This document shows positions 59,122-64,000 of a stretch of DNA of 64,000 nt, in pieces (the stretch's first letter is position 1; each line of letters starts with the position of its first letter). The stretch covers positions 722-64,721 of the forward strand of contig DASWNW010000086.1 of assembly GCA_036399015.1 (NCBI GenBank). The letters run 5' to 3'. A model generated the notes under the pieces. The model had not been told where the DNA came from. It did not search any database and saw only the letters and a list, made by a program, of their open reading frames with translations. Source of the stretch: Thermoanaerobaculia bacterium (GTDB lineage Bacteria; Acidobacteriota; Thermoanaerobaculia; Gp7-AA8). The position numbers were made by a program, and so were the translations under genes.

Positions 59122-59688
59122 ATGCCCGACATCACGCGGCTTCTCGCCGGCTGGCGCGCCGGTGACCGCTCCGCCTTCGAGCAGCTCACGCCGCTCGTGT
59201 ACGCCGAGCTGCGGCACATCGCCGCGCGTCAGCTCGGGCGCGAGGAGGCGGGCCACACGCTGCAGCCGACCGCATTGGTCAACGAGGCCTTCATCCGCCT
59301 CTGCGGCAGCACGCCGGCCGCCTGGCAGGACCGGTCGCACTTTTTCGCCGTCTGCGCGCAGGTGATGCGGCACATCCTCACCGATCACGCCCGGGCGCGG
59401 CTGCGCGTGAAGCGGGGGGCGGGGGCGGTGCACGTCCCGCTCGACGCGGCGGCCACGGTGATCCAGCAGGAGCCGTCGCTCGACCACGCCGCGCTCGACG
59501 ACGCGCTGCGCGCGCTCGAGACGCTCGATCCCCGCAAGGGGCGCATCGTCGAGCTCCGCTACTTCGCCGGCCTCGGCATCGAGGAGACGGCGGAGCTGCT
59601 GAACGTCTCCGCGATGACGGTGCGCCGGGAGTGGACGCGCGCGAAGGCCTGGCTCTATCGCGAGCTGGCCGAGGGAGGCAGCCGTTAA
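59122..59688 (+). CDS. ECF sigma factor of the Ser/Thr-kinase-associated type (TIGR02999-like)
   Basis: Start Met45 of ORF 58990..59688; ..ITRLLAGWRAGDRSAFEQL.., region 4 HTH; followed by cognate kinase gene. Confidence 0.8.
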   Translation: MPDITRLLAGWRAGDRSAFEQLTPLVYAELRHIAARQLGREEAGHTLQPTALVNEAFIRLCGSTPAAWQDRSHFFAVCAQVMRHILTDHARARLRVKRGAGAVHVPLDAAATVIQQEPSLDHAALDDALRALETLDPRKGRIVELRYFAGLGIEETAELLNVSAMTVRREWTRAKAWLYRELAEGGSR

Positions 59689-59797
59689 GACCGAGCGCTG
59701 GCGGCGGATCGACGGGCTCTTCGCGTCCGCCCTGGAGCTGGAGGGGAGCGCGCTGCAGCGTTTCCTCACCGAGGAATGCGGCGAGGACCGCGCCGAG

Positions 59798-62482
59798 GTG
59801 GAGTCGATGCTGCGCTTCGCCCGCGCGTCGAGCGATTTCCTCGAGACGCCGGCGCTCAGCGACCGCACCACCCTCGCCGTCTTCGACGACGAGCCGACGC
59901 GGCAGCAGCCGGCGACCGATCCGCGCCGCATCGACGACACCCGCTTCATCCCCGGCGACGTCGTCGCCGGCCGCTACCGCATCGTCGGCCTCCTCGGCCG
60001 CGGCGGGATGGGGGAGGTCTACCGCGCCGACGACCTCAAGCTCGCGCAGCCGGTCGCGCTGAAGTTCCTCGCGGAGTCGCTGTCGTCGAACGGCGCCGCG
60101 CTGGCGCGCTTCCACCGCGAGGTCAGCCTCTCGCGCCAGATCTCCCACCGCCACGTCTGCCGCGTCTACGACATCGGCGAGCACGCCGGGATGCACTTCC
60201 TGTCGATGGAGTACGTGCGCGGCGAGGAGCTGTCGTCGCTGCTCAAGCGCATCGGCCGCCTCCCGCTCGACAAGGCGCTCGAGACGGCGCGGCAGTTGTG
60301 CGCCGGCCTCGCCGCCATCCACGCCGCCGGCGTGCTTCATCGCGATCTGAAGCCGGCCAACGTGATGATCGACGAGCACGGCGACGTGCGCATCACCGAC
60401 TTCGGCATCGCCGCGCTCGCCGAGGGGGTGAGCGGGCGGGAGGCGATGATCGGCACGCCGGTGTACATGTCGCCCGAACAACTCTCGGGCGGCGAGCTCT
60501 CCGTGCGCAGCGACATCTACGCCCTCGGGCTGGTGCTGTACGAGACCTTCACCGGCAAGCGGCCGTTCGCCGCGACGACGCTGCCCGACATCATCCGCGA
60601 CCGCCTCGGCGAGACCACGCCCACCAGCCCCTCCGACTGGATCGCCGACCTCGATCCGCTCGCCGAGCGGGTGATCCTGCGCTGCCTCGAGAAGGATCCC
60701 GACCGCCGCCCCGCCTCGGCGCTGCACGTCGCGGCCGCGCTTCCGGGAGGCGATCCGCTCGCGGCCGCACTGGCGGCGGGGGAGACACCGTCGCCGCAGA
60801 TGGTCGCCGCGGCGCAGAAGGAGGGTGGGCTGCGGCCGCTCGCCGCGGTGCTGCTGCTGGCCTCCATCTTCCTCATCTTCGTAGCCGGCGCGCTCGTCTC
60901 GCACCGGTCGTCGCTGCACCACTACCTCGGGCTGGAGCTGTCGCGCGAGCTGCTGCAGGCGCGGGCGGTCGACATCATCCGCGAGGCCGGCTACACCGCG
61001 CCGCCCGCCGACCGCGCCTCCGGGTTCATGGCCGACAACGAGCTGTTCATCCGCCTCCGCGACGGCCAGCAGACCGAGTCGTGGGAGCGTTTTCGCGCGG
61101 CGCCGCTGCCGCTCCTTCCGTACTGGTACCGGCAGAGCCCGCGCCCACTCGTGCCGTACGACGTCTGGGAGGTCAGGGACTTCAACCCGCCCAATGACAG
61201 CGCCGGAATGGTGCGCCTCCGTCTCGACCTGAAGGGCCGCCTGCTCTTCTTCGAGGCCGTACCGCCGCAGGATGACGCCGCACCGCGCGGAGCGAGGCCC
61301 GCGCCGTGGGCCCGTTTCTTCGAGCGCGCCGGCCTGACGATGACCGCGTTCCGGCCGGCGGACCCGCGGTGGACGCCGCCGCACCACAGCGATCGGCGGC
61401 TGGCCTGGACCGGCGTCCATCCGACCCGGCCGGAACTGCCACTGCGCGTCGAGGCGGCGTCGTACCGGGGAGTGCCGGTGTGGTTTCAGGTGATCTTCCC
61501 CTGGCAGGAGGCGGACGGCGCGCTGGCGGAGGCCTCGCTGGACATGAGCCGGCCGTTCCTGATGGCGCTGATCTGCTTCTACTTCGCCGCGATAGCGCTC
61601 GCGGCGCTGCTGGCGTGGAAGAACGTCCGCCTCGGACGAGGCGACCGGCGCGGGACATGGCGCCTCATGGCCTTCGTCTTCGTCTCCCGCCTCATCTACT
61701 GGCTGTTCATGTTCCACCACGTCGCCGCTCTCGGGGAGATCGACGCGTTCGTGACCGCGTTGCAGTCGGCGCTCTACTGGTCGGGGGTGATCGGATTGCT
61801 CTACATGGCGCTGGAGCCGTTCATTCGCCGCCGGTGGCCGGAGCGGCTGATCTCCTGGAGCCGTCTACTCCGCGGCGATCTGCGCGACCCGCTCGTGGGC
61901 CGCGACGTGCTGATCGGCGGCGCGCTCGGCGTGACCGCGGACCTCTCCTCCAACCATCTCTCCGCCCTCGTCCCGCAACTCTTCGGCTGGACGATTCGCA
62001 TGCCGATCCCCCATTCCGATCTGCTCTACCGGCACGGCCTCGACGGCGCGCGCGGCTTCGTCGCGCTGGTGATGAACCAGACCGCCGCGGCGATCATGTT
62101 TCCGCTGATCATGCTGTCGATCGTGCTCTTCTTCGCGATGCTCACCCGCCGGAACGCGCTCGGCTTCGCGGTGACGTGGCTGCTCGTCTACCTCGTGCTC
62201 AACCTCAACTCCATCGACCCGTCGCCGGTGCGCTACGTCATGGGTCTGATCTTCCCCACACTCATCTTCTTCACCCTGTACCGGTTCGGACTCCTCGCGC
62301 TGATGTCGCTGGTCTTCTTCAACCACGTCTCGGTGTTCTACCCGGTCACCACCGACCTCGGCGCCTGGTACGCCACGTCGTACCTGCTGCACCTCGCGCT
62401 GCTCACGGCGATCGCGCTGTACGCGTTCCGCGTCTCGCTGGCGGGGCAGAAGCTGATGCAGCGCTCGCTGTTCGATGACTGA
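59798..62482 (+). CDS. ECF-sigma-associated Ser/Thr protein kinase with large C-terminal polytopic membrane domain; real N-terminus probably begins ~59690 (no canonical start)
   Basis: Kinase subdomains GRGGMGEVY..ALK, HRDLKPANV, DFG, MSPEQ; ~10 predicted TM helices after residue ~350; conserved ERWRRIDGLF..ALEL motif lies upstream of first GTG. Confidence 0.8.
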   Translation: MESMLRFARASSDFLETPALSDRTTLAVFDDEPTRQQPATDPRRIDDTRFIPGDVVAGRYRIVGLLGRGGMGEVYRADDLKLAQPVALKFLAESLSSNGAALARFHREVSLSRQISHRHVCRVYDIGEHAGMHFLSMEYVRGEELSSLLKRIGRLPLDKALETARQLCAGLAAIHAAGVLHRDLKPANVMIDEHGDVRITDFGIAALAEGVSGREAMIGTPVYMSPEQLSGGELSVRSDIYALGLVLYETFTGKRPFAATTLPDIIRDRLGETTPTSPSDWIADLDPLAERVILRCLEKDPDRRPASALHVAAALPGGDPLAAALAAGETPSPQMVAAAQKEGGLRPLAAVLLLASIFLIFVAGALVSHRSSLHHYLGLELSRELLQARAVDIIREAGYTAPPADRASGFMADNELFIRLRDGQQTESWERFRAAPLPLLPYWYRQSPRPLVPYDVWEVRDFNPPNDSAGMVRLRLDLKGRLLFFEAVPPQDDAAPRGARPAPWARFFERAGLTMTAFRPADPRWTPPHHSDRRLAWTGVHPTRPELPLRVEAASYRGVPVWFQVIFPWQEADGALAEASLDMSRPFLMALICFYFAAIALAALLAWKNVRLGRGDRRGTWRLMAFVFVSRLIYWLFMFHHVAALGEIDAFVTALQSALYWSGVIGLLYMALEPFIRRRWPERLISWSRLLRGDLRDPLVGRDVLIGGALGVTADLSSNHLSALVPQLFGWTIRMPIPHSDLLYRHGLDGARGFVALVMNQTAAAIMFPLIMLSIVLFFAMLTRRNALGFAVTWLLVYLVLNLNSIDPSPVRYVMGLIFPTLIFFTLYRFGLLALMSLVFFNHVSVFYPVTTDLGAWYATSYLLHLALLTAIALYAFRVSLAGQKLMQRSLFDD

Positions 62483-63485
62483 CCGCCTGCACAGCCACCT
62501 CCTCGCCGGAAACGGTCTCGCCACGCCGCACGACGTCGTCGCCCACTTCGGCGCCATGCAGGCGCAGGACTACCTCGGCGCGCTCTGGGCCGTCGGCGTG
62601 CGCATGAAGGGCGACGCGACGGAAGGGGAGATCGAGCGGGCGATCGCGGAGCGGAGGATCGTCCGCTGCTGGCCGATGCGCGGCACGCTGCACTTCGTCG
62701 CCGCGGAAGACGTGCGCTGGATGCTCGAGTTGCTCGCGCCGCGCGTCCTGCGCCGCCACCGCACGCGCCTGGAGCGCGACTTCGGTCTCGACACCCGCAC
62801 GCTCCGCCGCTGCCGCACGGCCGCCGAGCGGACGCTCCGCGGCGGCAACGCATCGACGCGCCCGGAGCTGTACGCCGCGTTCGAGGCGGCGGGGATCGCC
62901 ACGAAGGGGGGCCGCGGCCTCCACATCCTCTTCGCGCTGGCGCACGAGCGCGTGCTCTGCTTCGGCGCCCGCCGCGGCAAACAGCCGGCGTTCGTCCTCC
63001 TCGACGAGTGGGTCGCGCCGTCGAAGCCGAAGCCGCGCGAGGAGGCGCTCGCGGAGCTGGCGACGCGCTACTTCCGCAGCCACGCCCCCGCCACCCCCGC
63101 CGACTTTGCCTGGTGGTCCGGCCTCCCGCTGAAGGAAGCCAAGGAGGCGATCGATCTCTCTGGACCGACGGCCTCTCAGGCCGTCGCAAAGGTGAAATCC
63201 CTCCACCTCCTCCCCCCCTTCGACGAATACACCGTCGCCTACAAAGACCGCACGGCGATTCTCGATCCAAGCTTCGCAAAACGCGTCAACGCCGGCGGCG
63301 GCATCCTCAACGCCGTCGTAATCATCGACGGCACCGTCACCGGCACCTGGAAACGCACCCTCCGCCGTGACACGGTGGACGTGACCCTCGCCCCCTTCCG
63401 GCCGCTTACGGCCCGCGAGACGCGCGCCGTCGACCGCGAGATCGCGCGCTACGCGGCCTTCCTCGGCAGTAGGATCGCGACGTGA
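62475..63485 (+). CDS. winged-helix (HTH_42/DUF1006) AlkZ/YcaQ-family putative DNA glycosylase, with in-frame palindromic-element insertion
   Basis: 336 aa; QAQ (Q-phi-Q) motif in AMQAQDYLGALWA; DUF1006-like length; residues ..LSGPTASQAVAKV.. are encoded by the palindromic element. Confidence 0.55.
   Translation: MTDRLHSHLLAGNGLATPHDVVAHFGAMQAQDYLGALWAVGVRMKGDATEGEIERAIAERRIVRCWPMRGTLHFVAAEDVRWMLELLAPRVLRRHRTRLERDFGLDTRTLRRCRTAAERTLRGGNASTRPELYAAFEAAGIATKGGRGLHILFALAHERVLCFGARRGKQPAFVLLDEWVAPSKPKPREEALAELATRYFRSHAPATPADFAWWSGLPLKEAKEAIDLSGPTASQAVAKVKSLHLLPPFDEYTVAYKDRTAILDPSFAKRVNAGGGILNAVVIIDGTVTGTWKRTLRRDTVDVTLAPFRPLTARETRAVDREIARYAAFLGSRIAT
63164..63187. repeat. small palindromic element inside AlkZ/YcaQ-like CDS
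   Basis: ctctctggaccgacggcctctcaggccgtcgc. Confidence 0.7.
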
Positions 63486-64000
63486 GCGGGCAAAAGAAGG
63501 TCGTGATCATTGCCGGCCCGAACGGCGCCGGGAAGACGACCTTCGCCCGCGAGTTTCTGCCGCGCGAGGCGGGCCTGCCGACGTTCGTCAACGCCGACCT
63601 GATTGCGGCCGGGCTGTCGCCCTTCGATCCCGGCGCTGCCGCGATTCGCGCAGGGCGGATGATGCTCGCGGAGATCGACCGTCACGCCGCCGAAGGACGG
63701 AGCTTCGCGTTCGAGACGACGTTGTCGGGGCATACGTATCTGCGGCGGATCGGCTCGTGGCGCGCCGCCGGTTACGTCGTGAAACTGATCTTCCTGTCGC
63801 TTCGCGCACCCGACGACGCCATCGCCCGCGTGGCGATGCGCGTGCGGCAGGGAGGCCACGATGTTGCACCCGATGTCGTGCGGAGGCGCTTCGCGAGCGG
63901 TATGCGAACTTTCTTGACGTCTATCGCCAGCGGGTGGACTTCTGGCAGTGGTACGACAACAGCGGCGAAGAGCCACAACTACTGGAGGAGGGGGCGAATG
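63482..64000 (+). CDS. zeta-toxin-like / AAA ATPase (P-loop kinase) family protein; 3' end continues beyond window; apparent frameshift near 63893
   Basis: GTG start overlapping upstream stop; Walker A GPNGAGKTT; conserved C-terminal ..RYANFLDVYRQRVDFWQWYDNSGEEPQLL is in a different frame from the N-terminal part. Confidence 0.5.
   Translation, partial: MSGQKKVVIIAGPNGAGKTTFAREFLPREAGLPTFVNADLIAAGLSPFDPGAAAIRAGRMMLAEIDRHAAEGRSFAFETTLSGHTYLRRIGSWRAAGYVVKLIFLSLRAPDDAIARVAMRVRQGGHDVAPDVVRRRFASGMRTFLTSIASGWTSGSGTTTAAKSHNYWRRGRM

Overview
High-GC (~68-70%) chromosomal segment from a Gram-negative soil-type bacterium. It carries many ECF sigma factors, Ser/Thr kinases, TPR/Sel1 proteins, TonB_C paralogs and secreted peptidases, which suggests Acidobacteriota, Gemmatimonadota or Myxococcota, but the sequence alone does not settle this. 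About 65 protein-coding genes are supportable, almost all with the high third-position GC expected of real genes.

Housekeeping genes include chorismate mutase plus DAHP synthase, Fpg, ApaG, ribosomal protein S1 with a clean intrinsic terminator, gamma-glutamyltransferase, transketolase and a MacA/ABC-ATPase/two-permease efflux operon. There are secreted peptidases of families M3, M4, M16, M23, M48 and S41, three ECF sigma modules, two Ser/Thr kinases, a REC-GGDEF-EAL regulator and a CadC-like regulator. No rRNA, tRNA, CRISPR array or transposase was seen.

Main discoveries:
1. A complete Bcp/PrxQ peroxiredoxin whose catalytic peroxidatic Cys codon is an in-frame TGA (32929-32931), followed by a SECIS-like hairpin. 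ORF callers split this gene; I read it as a candidate selenocysteine-containing peroxiredoxin. A TehB-like (selenite/tellurite) methyltransferase is divergently adjacent.
2. An unusual population of intergenic hairpin repeats. Each is built from 3-5 tandem copies of a 7-9 nt unit (GTTGCTG, GTTGTCG, CCGAGGAAC, GCAGAGTC, GAATGAAGA), a ~20-30 nt loop, then the inverted units. They occur at at least 11 loci, including inside the macAB-like operon, and one supplies the last codons of a methyltransferase.
3. A ~30-nt palindromic element (CTCTGGAGCGACGGGCTCTCAGCCCGTC) found after three stop codons and inserted in-frame inside two coding genes (M16 peptidase, AlkZ/YcaQ-like glycosylase), reminiscent of Rickettsia palindromic elements.
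4. An array of four 24-bp palindromes (GAGGGACAT-N6-ATGTCCCTC) upstream of a class-A beta-lactamase-like gene.
5. Two genes (59798 kinase, 13585 protein) whose conserved or structured N-termini lie upstream of any canonical start codon.
6. A putative desiccation/stress pair (hydrophilin-like protein plus Gly/Ser-rich DUF883-like membrane protein), a low-GC DUF4160/DUF2442 islet, and a frameshifted zeta-toxin-like ATPase at the window edge.

All coordinates were derived by hand from the ORF track plus sequence reading and may be off by a few nt for repeat boundaries.
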